DNA of 64,000 bases from Macrostomum lignano (Eukaryota), in the NCBI GenBank assembly GCA_002269645.1, contig NIVC01001419.1, positions 1 through 64,000 of the forward strand. Reading direction: 5' to 3'. The notes below the pieces were generated by a model that saw nothing but the letters and a program-made list of their open reading frames with translations, ran no database searches and had not been told where the DNA came from. Positions within the stretch are counted from its first letter, which is position 1. The number at the start of each line of letters is the position of its first letter. Below are positions 23,535-35,029 of this stretch, piece by piece. The translations under genes were made by a program, and so were the position numbers.

Positions 23535-24268
23535 TTTTTAGCTGAGGCTAGGGTTGTGTCCTTAGCTTCTAACTTGTGTAAAAGCATATTGATTGGCTAG
23601 AAATATATTCAAACTGAAAAAAACTTAAAACTAAAATTGGTCATTGTGGTAAAGAAGTGATAGGTGGTTTATTTTTGGATTATAGGAATGGGATCACTTC
23701 TTGGCTGGCTTCTTTTGTTTTTTTCGAATGTTGTCAGTCTTTCTATATTAGCTTTGAGATCAGAGCCATTAGAGTCCCTTGTAGAGTCACAAATTTATTT
23801 GGTGCAAACTCTTTATTGATTAGATTATTCTCAATGATAATATTTTGCTTCAATAGCTCTTGTTTTATTTATAGTAGAGAATTATTGATAGTTGTTGCCA
23901 TTAAGGTGACAAAATAGTCTTGGTTGCACCTGGTCAATAATGGCTTGATTTGCAATTTGTGCATCTAGATCAGTGTCATCAGGATATTCTATTCAGTATT
24001 TCTAGCATGGCTAACCAGAGATTAGTGGCAAATGATGACAAGATAAGAGGTAAGACTATTTGCATATCCAGGAGCTTTTTGTTTGGTTTTAAAATTGGTT
24101 TATATAGCATTTTCAGTCTTTTGCATTGGGAATAATTTAGATATTACTTGACTACTTTTATTGGCTGAGGCTGGGGTTGTGTCCTCAGCTTTTAAGTTGT
24201 AAAAGCGCATTGATTGGCTGAAAATACATTCAAACTGGATGGAAACTTTCACGGCCAAAATGTGTCAC
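23535..24268. repeat. Pair of about 105-bp degenerate direct repeats (23535-23645 and 24157-24268)
   Basis: gctgaggct(a/g)gggttgtgtcct(t/c)agctt...gattggct...attcaaactg is present twice, about 620 bp apart. Confidence 0.8.
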
Positions 24269-24289
24269 TTCAACTCAGCTTAGCTTAGC

Positions 24290-24760
24290 AATCCCCCACA
24301 ATTCCCCTCTTACAATTTTGTACAATTCTCCTCATATAATACCCTCATAATTCCCCCTTTCAATGCCCCACAATTCCCCTCTTACAATTTCGTACAATTC
24401 TCCTCTTACAATACCCTCATAATCCCCCCTTTCAATGCCCCACAATTCCCCTCTTACAATTTCGTACAATTCTCCTAGCTTACAATACCCCATAATTCCC
24501 CTCTTTCAATACCCCACAATTCCCCTCTTACAATTTCGTACAATTCTCTTACAATACCCCAAAATTCCCCTCTTACAATACCCCATTATTCCCCTTTTAT
24601 GATGTCCCACAATTCCCCGCTTACAATACCCCATAATTCTTCACTTACAATACCCGAAGATTCCCTTTTGAAATTTCGTACAATTTACCTTTCACAATAT
24701 CCCATAATTCCCCGCTTACAATTCCATATAATTCCTCTCTTGTAATACCCAGTGATTCCC
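24290..24760. repeat. Compound minisatellite (about 18-bp subunits, 72-bp higher-order unit) just upstream of a splice acceptor
   Basis: cccacaattcccctcttacaa anchors at 24295, 24367 and 24439. The array decays towards 24760. Confidence 0.88.
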
Positions 24761-24771
24761 CGCCATTCCAG

Positions 24772-26881
24772 GCCTCCGACGCCCCTAGCCAAACAGATTT
24801 CTCATTCCCCCCGGGATTCGATTTGTACTCGCTGTCTGGCATAGCCATTTTCCTTGGCGAGCCCTACTGCCACCGGGAGCTGCCCACCCCGGCCAGGCCC
24901 TCCTCTGCCGGGGCTGCCGCCGCTGGCCACTTGCCAGCGTTGTTGAGGCGTCGCCGGCGTCGCCGACGGTTGATTAGCGATTCGTCCAGCTCTGACGAGG
25001 CCGACGAAGAATGGGCCGGGCGAGCTCTGCGCGGCCTCCAGGGTCTGCCGAAGGTGCAGCGACTGGACGAGTGCGCAGCCGCGTCCAGGTAGGAATTGAA
25101 TTGAATATCTTTTCCCTTGCTTTCCTGTTAAAACTGGCGTCTCAGTGTCTTTTCTTCATCTAAGCTTCCCCTCCCGTTGAAAGCGTTACCGTGACAAGAA
25201 TAGCTAAGAGTCATTGCAAACAACTCACTAGTGACTCTAGCGACTCTTGTGACTTTAACGAATGGGACTCCCGACTGAAAGGTCGAGGGTTCGATTCTCA
25301 ACCTACTGGAATAATTTGTGTTCTTGAGCAAGACACCTAACTCTTGCATTGCTTGAGTTTACCCAGCTGTAAAATCGGTGCCAGGGGTCTATGGAATTTG
25401 CTAGCCGAAATCTGCTAGCCGAAATCTGCTAGCCGAAGTTTGCTAGCCGAAATCTGCTAGCCCTTTCAATTCAATTCCCTTTCAATTTTAAACCCCTTTC
25501 ACACATCTGTCCAGTGGTCAGAAAGGAGAGAGAGGCGGAGGTTGGGGTGGCTGTCTCGCTGACGAAAAGCAGACTAACTTTAAAAGTACACAGTGCCGTT
25601 CAGAATTAACTTCGAGACTCGAAACTTTATACACGATTGTGTCAAAATAGTTGAAAATTGGATTGTGTCCAATTTGAAGAGGATTGGTAAAGGTAAAAGT
25701 GGAGCGACGCTATAGAGGATTTAGTGAAATTCTTGCGAAACTGGACAAGCAAATTGTCTCTAGCTAATAAAACTTCCTGAGTTCGGCTAGCCAAATTGCT
25801 GCTTGCCGGTTTTGGTTGGATTCTCGCTAGCAGATTTCGGCTAGCAAAATCCTCGCTAGCAAAATTCCTGCTAGCAAGCTTCGGCTGGCAAACTTCGGCT
25901 AGCAGATTTCCTGCTAGCAAATCTCGTACTCCCGGGTGCCAGCATTAGCTGGGGTAATTGAGGACGGATGTGGCGACTCCCCAGTCCTTAGACTGAACAG
26001 CCGTACGCAGCTGCGGCTGAGCTGTCGGTTGCACATCTGGCCCAAATGGGGCAGGTGGAATCAGTAATAATTACCATTATACGACTCAAGCGACTTTTGA
26101 GTCACAAGCGCAGCATGTGAATTGTAGAATCGTAAAAAATGCCACGAAAAAATTCGTCCAAGATGCGCTATGTTAGCGATAAACTTTCTACTAACTCAAG
26201 CAGACAAAATTAAAACAGAGTTGTAAATGCGAAATCCGATTCTAATTCATAGAGTGCCGCAGATGCGCTTTAGACGCAACTCTGGGATTCTATAGCGACT
26301 CAGAGATACGAGTCGTTTTTGAGTCGCAGACAATAAAACGCCTCAAATTGACTCTTTGGCGACTTTTACCGCGAATTAAGTATTTTTAGCACCACTCTAC
26401 TCACAGTAGGCTGCCACTAATTTCACCCACTGTCTGTCTAATAATTTCAAGATCGACGTTTGCGGCTTCGCCGCCTCCGCACACCCGCCGTCTGTCCTCG
26501 CTGCACCTGCTGACCGCCTCGCGAAGTCCCGGCGGTCGTCGGCATCGCCGCTGTCCGGCCGCCATGTCGCTGGACTTCGGCGACGATGATGACGACGAAG
26601 AGGGCGAAGATGATTCGGCAACTGCCGAGGCCGCCGCCGATGCCGTGGCTTCGTCGTCTGTCCGACGGGTCGACAGCGAGATGGACAGCAGCGTTGTCCA
26701 AGTCTTCGGCGACAACGGCGACGATGACTATGGCGTCGACGAAAATTCGTTCAGTTTTGAGATGCAGTTCGACCCTCCGGCCAGCGACTTGGGTGGCGGC
26801 CAGCGGCATTGTCCCATATCGCCCATTCACCTGTCATCGGGCGGTGATGCCAGCGGTGGCAGCTTTGACTGCGATGGCTGA
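24772..26881 (+). CDS. Last two exons of an uncharacterised gene (Arg-rich and acidic low-complexity protein, 5' end not found)
   Basis: join(24772-25088,26452-26881). Acceptors ttccag and ttcaag, donor CAG|GTAGGA, phase 2 matches across the intron. 248 open codons, GC-rich like the other exons. No recognisable family. Confidence 0.6.
25262..26075 (+). mobile_element. tRNA-derived SINE (V/Meta/Deu-type central domain), split by a MITE
   Basis: B-box-like gggttcgattctc, conserved SINE-core-like ttcttgagcaagacacctaac...cccagctgtaaaatcggtgcca. The sequence resumes as gcattagctgggg after the MITE. Confidence 0.7.
25384..25934. mobile_element. MITE with inverted subterminal 14-bp repeats, inserted in the SINE
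   Basis: 7-bp TSD GGTGCCA (25377-25383 and 25935-25941). ctgctagccgaaat repeats on the left and atttcggctagcag repeats on the right. Confidence 0.78.
26188..26370 (+). repeat. Dispersed repeat, homologous to 9535-9722
   Basis: See 9535-9722. Confidence 0.72.
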
Positions 26882-27009
26882 GAGGCTGGGGCTTGCCCTG
26901 TGGGGGTTGGCCGCGATTCCGCTGGACTGACTCGCTGATTGATTGATTGCAGATGCAGCTGAGGCTGGATTCTGATCTCTTAAATTTGGTCTGGTCTCCG
27001 CCCTGTCCC

Positions 27010-27440
27010 CTTGCCCCTCCTCATCCCTCGCCTCTCATCTCCCCTCCTCTCCTATCTTCTCTCTTCCTTCTTCTCCTCTCATCTCTTCTCTTCTCCTCTC
27101 TCCTTTCTCTTTTCCTCTCCTCTCTTCTCTTCTCGTCTCTTCTCCTCTCCTCTCTTCTCCTCTCCTCTCTTCTCCTCTCTTCTCTTCTCTCTTTTCCTTC
27201 TTCTCTCATCTCTTCTCTTCTCCTCTCTCCTTTCTCTTTTCCTCTCCTCTCTTCTCTTCTCGTCTCTTCTCCTCTCCTCTCCTCTCTTCTCCTCTCCTCT
27301 CTTCTCTCTTTTCCTTCTTCTCTCATCTCTTCTCTTCTCTCTCCTTTCTCTTTTCCTCTCCTCTCTTCTCTTCTCGTCTTTTCTCCTCTCCTCTCCTCTC
27401 CTCTCCATCTCTCATTTATCCTTCTTTCTCTCTTTTCCTC
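27010..27440. repeat. Polypyrimidine (CTCTT/CTCCT)n low-complexity tract
   Basis: Almost purely C/T for about 430 bp. Confidence 0.95.
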
Positions 27441-28019
27441 TACTTTCCCATTTCTAATCTCATATTTGATGTTATGAGATAAAATATCCCATTAACCTCC
27501 CGGACAGCAACATCTGGCAGTGGTGCATATTCCGATCTCAATCAGTGTTGCAAGCAAGAATCGCACTAGATCTGCCTCCCCTCAGCTCTCTACAAAAATT
27601 GTCCACTTGGTTTATACAAAACCCTGCAAATCACTTTGAACAATCTGCACGATTGAGTATACGAGAGGAACCCCCTCCCAGAACTCTATGTAAAAGCCCT
27701 ATTGACCTATTGTTTAGCTGTTGCAAATATGTGCTTGCATTTAAATGAGGCTATTAATCTTTTCTGACTTATAGTTGCATATTTAGTTTTGCAGTCGGTT
27801 ACAAGCGGAAGTGCTATCAATGTATTTTTAATTCTTTTACAAATAGAAAGCTAATTGAAATCTGATTTGGATCGCATTTCCTGCCTGCCATGTTTGTCTT
27901 CGATGTGCGTTTTTAGGTTAAATAAATTACTACTTTTAATCTGGTACTGAATTGTTTTTTTCGCCTGGGATTTTCTGAAAACTAACCTTTCAAAACTTGC
28001 CCCACTTTGACCTTGTACT

Positions 28020-28682
28020 ACCCTCTGGAATCGTCCCTAAAATACCCTCTGGAATTGCCCCTAATATACCCTATAGAATCGCCCCTAAACTACCCTATAA
28101 AATCGCCCTAAACTACCCTCCTGAATCGCCCCTAAACTACCCTCCTGAATCGCCCCTAAACTACCCTATAGAATCGCCCCTAAACTACCCTCCTGAATCG
28201 CCCCTAAACTACCTTATAGAATCGCCCCTAAACTACGCTATAGAATCGCCCCTAAACTACCCTATAGAATCGCCTCTAAACTACCCTATAGAATCGCCCC
28301 TAAACTACCCTCCTGAATCGCCCCTAAACTACCCTCCTGAATCGCCCCTAAACTACCCTATAGAATCGCCCCTAAACTACCCTATAGAATCGCCCCTAAA
28401 CTACGCTATAGAATCGCCCCTAAACTACCCTCTGGAATCGCCCCGAAACTACCCTATAGAATCGCCCCTAAACTACCCTCTGGAATCGCATCTAAACTAC
28501 CCTATAGAATCGCCCCTAAACTACGCTATAGAATCGCCCCTAAACTACCCTCTGGAATCGCCCCGAAACTACCCTATAGAATCGCCCCTAAACTACCCTC
28601 TGGAATCGCATCTAAACTACCCTATAGAATCGCCCCTAAACTACGCTATAGAATCGCCCCTAAACTACCCTCTGGAATCGCC
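28020..28682. repeat. 24-bp minisatellite (gaatcgcccctaaactaccctata), about 27 copies
   Basis: Tandem copies. Produces the spurious ESPLNYP ORF. Confidence 0.95.
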
Positions 28683-29059
28683 AGAACGGGAATTGATCGC
28701 AGACATTCGACAGCTTCCTAACCTCAATTAGGTCAATTCCTGTTCAATGGCGGTGTGAAACAAAAGCCAAGACAATCGATGGTATTTCAGAGTTGCTGCT
28801 ATGCAGGCTAAAACAGCATGGAATAGGATTGCAAAGCAAGCGCCCCAGGAGCGGTGCGGTGCTCAGATTTCCGAGTCTTCAATAAAGAGTAGCAGCGGAG
28901 AGGAAGATAAACAAAACCATGAGCTTGGCTCTGAGCTGGTTATCTTATCTTTTGAGACTTTTAGCTATGCCCGCGGCAAAGCAGAGCTGCGTCTTAGCTA
29001 TATAGCAAGAAGAGAAGAAACGATGCAGCATACTCTGGGCTTGCGCGACTCACTCAATC

Positions 29060-31778
29060 ATGGGTAATAACCATTCTTCAAAGTCGAAGCACAAGGTGCA
29101 GATATCGTCGGCTTTAGTGGAAGCTTCGTCTGGGCATCGCGGCGGATCAGGCTCTGATCAGAGGCGCTCGTTGCCTGTTGCCGAGGCAGATTCGATGCAG
29201 TATCGACAGCAAGTAGGGACACAGCAGCAGCAACAACAGTCGCCAAAAGTCCAACCGAGACAACATCCGCCTCACAGCGCCGGCGCTGCAGGTGTCCGGC
29301 ACTCGATTGCAACGGCAACAGTTGGCAATTCCACAATGTCAGCCGATGTACAGCTGGTTCTCAGCCAGCTGATCGAGAAGAAGCCAAAGTACAGCTTGTT
29401 GAAGCAGTTGGACTTTAGCGAGTTGGACGAGAGAGCCAGGTTTGTCGTGTTCGAGGCGGCCTGCGACCTGCTGGACCAGGCCAAGACCATCGACAGTCTG
29501 CGCGAGGAGCGCCAGATGATGCGCAGCAACTTCAATGTTGTGCGCAGGGTGGCTTCTATTGATCACCTGGACAATCCCAGGCATCGCAGGGTCGCTTCTC
29601 AGGTAAGGCCGATGTAACTCAAATCCCAATCCCTAACCTCCCAAATCCCAATCCATAACCTCCAATTTCCCAATGCCTAACCTCCCAAATCCCAATTCCT
29701 AACCTCTAAGTTCCCAATCCCTAACCTCCCAAGATCCCAATCTCTAACCTCCCAAATCCCAATTCCTAACCTTCTAAATCCCAATTCCTGACCTCCAAGT
29801 CCCCAATTTCTAACCTCCCAAATCCCAATCCCTAACCTCCGAAATCCCTATTCTTACTTAACCTCCCAAATTCCAATTCCTAACCTCCCAAATCCCAATC
29901 CCTAACCTCCGAAATCCCTATTCTTACTTAACCTCCCAAATTCCAATTCCTAACCTCCCAAATCCCAATCCCTAACCTCCGAAATCCCTATTCTTACTTA
30001 ACCTCCCAAATTCCAATTCCTAACCTCCCAAATCCCAATCCCTAACCTCCGAAATCCCTATTCTTACTTAACCTCCCAAATTCCAATTCCTAACCTCCCA
30101 AATCCCAATCCCTAACCTCCGAAATCCCTATTCTTACTTAACCTCCCAAATTCCAATTCCTAACCTCCCAAATCCCAATCCCTAACCTCCCAAATCCCAA
30201 TCCCTAACCTCCCAAATCCCAATCCCTAACCTCCCAAATCCCAATCCCTAACATCCGAAATCCCAATCCCTAACATCCGAAATCCCAATCCCTAACATCC
30301 GAAATCCCAATCGGAATTCCACATCCTTAGGAGCTGGCCAGCTGCATCCAGCAGGAACTGCAACGCCGACCTCCGCGCCTGACCTCCCCGACAACAGCAG
30401 CCACCGCCGAAGCTGATCCAGCTTCCCCAGCCTCATCGTCCAGTGGGATGCTAGGCGACCTGATCCGATCCTACCTGCAGCTGGAGCGGCAGTTTGTTGA
30501 GCAGATCAGACAGGAGTTGCTGAGCAGACGCGGCCTGTTCGCCGACGGAGTTCAAGCCTGTCGGGCGGTGCACCGCCTGCTGGCCAACATGCTCGAAGCT
30601 GCCGAAGTTTTGCATCGGCGTCGTGTTGAAGAGCTCGTGCAGACTGTGACCAGCCCCACCGAGGCCAGCGGGACGCAGGTTATTGCTGAAATATTTTGCT
30701 TGATTTCTATTGGAGTGCTGACTGAAAACATCCATGCTAGGTCTAAATGGTGAAGACATGAGACACCTGTAATAGATGATGACACCTGGGGAAGGGATGA
30801 GACACCTGGGAAAGGAAGATGAGACACCTGGGGAAGGGAGATGAGACACCTGGGATAGGTGATGAGACACCTGGGATAGGTGATGAGACACCTGGGGAAG
30901 GGAGGCAAGACACCTGGGATTAGGTGATGAGACACCTTGAATGGGTGATGAGACACCTTGAATGGGTGATGAGACACCTGGGATAGGTGATAGGACACCT
31001 GGGATAGATGATGAGACACCTGGGATAGGTGATGAGACACCTGGGATAGGTGATAAGGCACCTGGGGAAGGGATGCAAGACACCTGGAATGGGTGATGAG
31101 ACACCTAAGATAGGGGATGAGACACCTGGGATAGATGATGAGACACCTGGGATAGATGATGAGACACCTGGGATAGATGGTAAGACACCTTGGGGATGAG
31201 ACACCTGGGGGAGGGAGATAAGACGCTTAGGGGAGGGAGATGAGATACCTGGGGTATTGAGGTAGGGTAAATTACCTGGACAAAGGGTGAGATACCTGTT
31301 AATAGTAAATTACGTTAGCAATGACGCTAAGCTGCGCTGCTAATAGCTATGCTCAATATTTATTTAACAGGTACTTCGAGCCCGTCTGACACTGCCAACA
31401 GAGGAGGGCAAAGCCATCCGCGACTCGGTCAAGAGGCTGCTGTCCCAGTCCAGCAGTCTCTGCCAGATGCCCTGGGACAGCCTGGTAGATCCCAGCCAGC
31501 ACCCGCAGTTCCGTCAGCTTCCAAGCAGCAGCGCGGCCTTTTTAAACGCTTGCTCTGCCTGGTGCTGGCGGGCTGTCTGCTCCAGCCTCGCCAGGGTGAC
31601 CATCGTTCCGGCCGAGGAGGGCGCCCCGTTTCGTCAGGAGTTGCACCGCTGCGAGCTGGGGCTGGGCGTCGGCCGGACAGTCGCCTGCTGCCTGTGGCCA
31701 ATGCTGAGGCAGGGCCGCACCGTGATCTGCAAGGCTCTGGTGCAGACCGCGCCGGTGCTGGGACCTATTCGCGATTGA
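29060..31778 (+). CDS. MIEAP/SPATA18 C-terminal-domain protein with predicted N-myristoylation and coiled coil, 3 exons, about 432 aa
   Basis: join(29060-29602,30331-30678,31371-31778), all phase 0, GT-AG (the second donor GTTATT is weak). N-terminus MGNNHS. C-terminal ACSAWCWRAVCS...F..ELH...V...LWPML.QG..VICKALVQT resembles the Mieap-family domain. Confidence 0.75.
29620..30315. repeat. 22-bp C-rich minisatellite (cctaacctcccaaatcccaatc) with a 70-bp higher-order repeat, MIEAP-like intron 1
   Basis: HOR anchors at 29821, 29891, 29961, 30031, 30101 and 30171. Confidence 0.95.
30755..31260. repeat. About 21-bp minisatellite (tgatgagacacctgggatagg), MIEAP-like intron 2
   Basis: About 23 variable tandem copies. 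Confidence 0.93.
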
Positions 31779-31884
31779 TTGATTGATCGATATTGATATT
31801 TATTTGATACGGCTGTCTCTGTGCACTTTGATAGCCTGTTGTGGCTTTAGGTTTATAGATTGGTTGGTTAAATGATTGTTTGAC

Positions 31885-31940
<56 letters not shown>

Positions 31941-32030
31941 TGATTGATTGATTGATTGATCAGTTAATTGATTAATTGATTATTGATTGATCAATTGTTT
32001 GAATGATTTATTGACTAATTGGTTGGTTGG
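31772..32030. repeat. (GATT)n microsatellite region beginning at the stop codon
   Basis: Pure run at about 31885-31960 with degenerate flanks. Confidence 0.9.
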
Positions 32031-32739
32031 TTGATGCATTCAATGGTTTATCAATTGATTGATTAATAAGATTGCAGACTGGCTCAGTTATCTAATTAAG
32101 GCGTCAAACCCTTTCTCCAAGGTTAACCCGAGGCTGGATTCCAAATCAAATAATTTGAGAATCAGGAATCTGAGCTTTCACTTATCCGTCCAGTTGTAGA
32201 CTTTAGGGGCCAACGATCCAGCGATGAAATTGGCCAACCGTTTTCGAGTTTCGAGTCATCAGTGCACTAAGTATTTATTGATTAATTATTAGATTGACAC
32301 AATATGCAGTAGATATTGAAATTAGTGGTTAATCAATTGCTTAATGTATAGCATCGATATTTTGATTAATTGCTTGAGTAATAGGTACATTGATTGAGGT
32401 ACATTCAACGGGTACATTGATTGATTGAAGAGATTGAAAACTTTAAAGTAAGGGGACAAATATGCCGTTGTCTGTGTTTTGCTTGACGCAAATTACTCAA
32501 CATTTATCATATCTTTTTGTCTTTTTCTTAAGGTTAATTTATCATTAGACTGTAAAATGTGCATCATTTTTGTCAATCTTTAAATTTGAGGTCAAAAGTG
32601 TCTGAAAAGTATTGTAAACTTTTTATGCGCCTTTTATATAAGTTTTATTTTAATGTCGATTACGTATTTGCTGACTAGTTTAAAGGTTTTTGTCAAAATT
32701 CTAGTACTGTATTGTCTTTTTTAAGTGGCGGGTTAATGG

Positions 32740-33095
32740 GGTGGGTGAGGCACAGATAATGGGGTGGTGGCTGAGGCGCAAATAATGGGGTGGTGGGTGA
32801 GGCGCAAATAATGGGGTGGTGGGTGAGGCGCAAATAATGGGGTGGTGGCTGAGGCGCAAATAATGGGGTGGTGGGTGAGGCACAGATAATGGGGTGGTGG
32901 GTGAGGCACAAATAATGGGGTGGTGGTGGTGAGGCACAGATAGTGGCGTGGTGGGTGAGGCGCAGACATGGGGTGGTGGGTGAGGCGCAGACATGGGGTG
33001 GTGGGTGAGGCACAGATAATGGGGTGGTGGCTGAGGCACAGATAATGGGGTGGTCGGTGAGGCACAGATAATGGGGTAGTGGGTGAGGTGCAGAC
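32740..33095. repeat. 26-bp G-rich minisatellite (gggtgaggcacagataatggggtggt), about 14 copies
   Basis: Tandem copies visible in the sequence. Confidence 0.95.
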
Positions 33096-33606
33096 AGCAA
33101 GACGGGTTGGTGCAAGGCATGTCTAGAATTGCATGAGGCTTCCTTCCGACTTTAAAGAAAAGTGCAGATGCACTAAAAGAGGAGTCGCAACTTTCAGGGT
33201 AATTATTTAAATTGAAGCTTTAAATTATATTGGTGTCATAATTTAGAAAATTGGATCCGATGAGGTAAAAACCTTTGCCAAAGCCGACTCTTTTTGCCAT
33301 CGCCAAAAGACCAATTAATTTGTTGAATAATGGCAATAATTGGATTTTCTTGCAAACCACCTTTAATAGGAGCTCAGGTGTCGAAAAATTTCAGTGCTCT
33401 TCTGTCTCCTCTTGCTTTTTCAATTATTTTTCAACCAAACACCAGAGGCTACTCAAGTCTATTCATTTCCGGTTCGTTCTCTAATCAAACGCTTCCGCTG
33501 TCTGATTTTGGGAATCTGCCATCGAAGGTTTCCATATAAAGACAAGCTTCATCTCTTTTTGGCTCAGAAAGGCTGCAGCCATCCTCAATCATCGACTTGG
33601 TCCGAG

Positions 33607-34797
33607 ATGAGCAACTCAACCGTACGGGAGGTTCCCGTCGAAGGGCAAGCGGCATTCGGGCCTAGCCTGCCCGGCATTGCCTCCGTACTGCAGGTTTTCT
33701 TCTATTACGTCATCTTGGCTAATGGTATTCTAGGCTTGCTAAACAACACCTTGTCGAGCCTGGTGTTCACCATCTACCGAACCAAGTTCCCGCCCTCCTG
33801 TCTGTACTTTATCGTCCTATCCGTGACCGATTTCTTTTGCTGTTGGTTTCTGTGCATCCTGTTCTGGACTGGCGAGTCGCTGCGACAGATGGGTGGTCGG
33901 AGCTTCGATCTGTTCACCTTGAGCCTGTCCAGCTGCAAGAGTCTGCGCTACCTGCAGCAGATCTTCATCAGCACAGGGGCCTACTCAGTGGTGGTGCTGT
34001 CATACGAGCGGGCCGCTTGCCTTGTATCACCAGTTCGATTTCTGAGCTTCTTCACGGTCCGGCGTCGCGTTGCCATGCTATCGAGCGTCGTGCTCTTTGC
34101 TGCCGTCCTCTGGACGCAAACTTTTATTGCTTTCGACATTAGATCTCGATTTGTTAATAGCAGCCTAACGGGTTGCTATCCGAGTACCAAAGAGTCTGTA
34201 AGCTTCATCTTAGCTTACTCGTACGAGATGATATTCGTGAACTATACTGTGCCGGCTCTACTGATTTTGGGTGGCAACATTCTGGCCCTGATTGGATACC
34301 GAATGAACCGAATCAAGCAGGCTCAGCAGAGCGAGCTTCCAGCACCTCTGGCGGGTAGCACAGTCGCGAATCGTCAGGCGGTTGAGAATGGAGTAAAGGT
34401 TACCATGGTGATGCTGTCAATGCAATATCTAATCCTAAACATGCCCTACTCTATCAGTTGGCCTCTATTTAGCTTTCTAAAGTACTTTAAGTACGAACTA
34501 ACGGATCCAACGATGTTTTACAACGCCTCCTACCTAAATTCCATCTTCATGGTTTTGTCTACCGTCAACTATTCCGTAAACTTCTATTTTTATCTGTTCA
34601 AAGTGAGGCGATTCAGGCGCTACCTGCTGCGTCTCCTCGGCTTTAATCGCTGCGAATTTCGGCGCAACAGACGTAGCAGCTCCAGCGGCAACGTTAATGC
34701 GGCACCTGTGGTTGCTGGGGCCGCCTGTCGATCGGGTGGCTGCGGATCTGGTATCGATCCATTAGCTAGGAGTGGCAACTATCGCCCGAGCTTTTAG
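33607..34797 (+). CDS. Class A (rhodopsin-like) GPCR, peptide/FMRFamide-receptor-like or flatworm PROF-like, intronless, 396 aa
   Basis: First ATG at 33607 (MSNST, N-glycosylation sequon). Seven hydrophobic segments: TM1 GLLNN, TM2 LSVTD, TM3 YER, TM5 YTVP, TM6 LNMP, TM7 NYSVNFYFY. Confidence 0.88.
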   Translation: MSNSTVREVPVEGQAAFGPSLPGIASVLQVFFYYVILANGILGLLNNTLSSLVFTIYRTKFPPSCLYFIVLSVTDFFCCWFLCILFWTGESLRQMGGRSFDLFTLSLSSCKSLRYLQQIFISTGAYSVVVLSYERAACLVSPVRFLSFFTVRRRVAMLSSVVLFAAVLWTQTFIAFDIRSRFVNSSLTGCYPSTKESVSFILAYSYEMIFVNYTVPALLILGGNILALIGYRMNRIKQAQQSELPAPLAGSTVANRQAVENGVKVTMVMLSMQYLILNMPYSISWPLFSFLKYFKYELTDPTMFYNASYLNSIFMVLSTVNYSVNFYFYLFKVRRFRRYLLRLLGFNRCEFRRNRRSSSSGNVNAAPVVAGAACRSGGCGSGIDPLARSGNYRPSF

Positions 34798-35029
34798 ATA
34801 GCCGCCACTATCTGGCTTTTCTAGTGCCCGGATGGCCAGGTTCTCGACCGAATTATGAGCTGAAGAAAGTCTTCAAGCTAAATCATTGTTTCGTTTGTAG
34901 CGCACGATTTGAATTGAAACTTAGGAGACTAGAAGTTTTCTGAAGTGTGTATGCGCACGCAAGTAGTTATTAATGCACCGGAAAATACATCTTACAACTG
35001 AACCGATTTTTTACTCCATAAAGCCACCT

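Noticed and set aside
27997-28731. 244-aa ESPLNYP repeat protein
   Set aside because: The ORF has no ATG start and coincides exactly with a 24-bp array. It stays open only because the unit is a stop-free multiple of three.
33394-33606. N-terminal extension of the GPCR from the TTG at 33394
   Set aside because: The start is non-ATG, and the MSNST start at 33607 gives a normal N-terminus with a glycosylation sequon.
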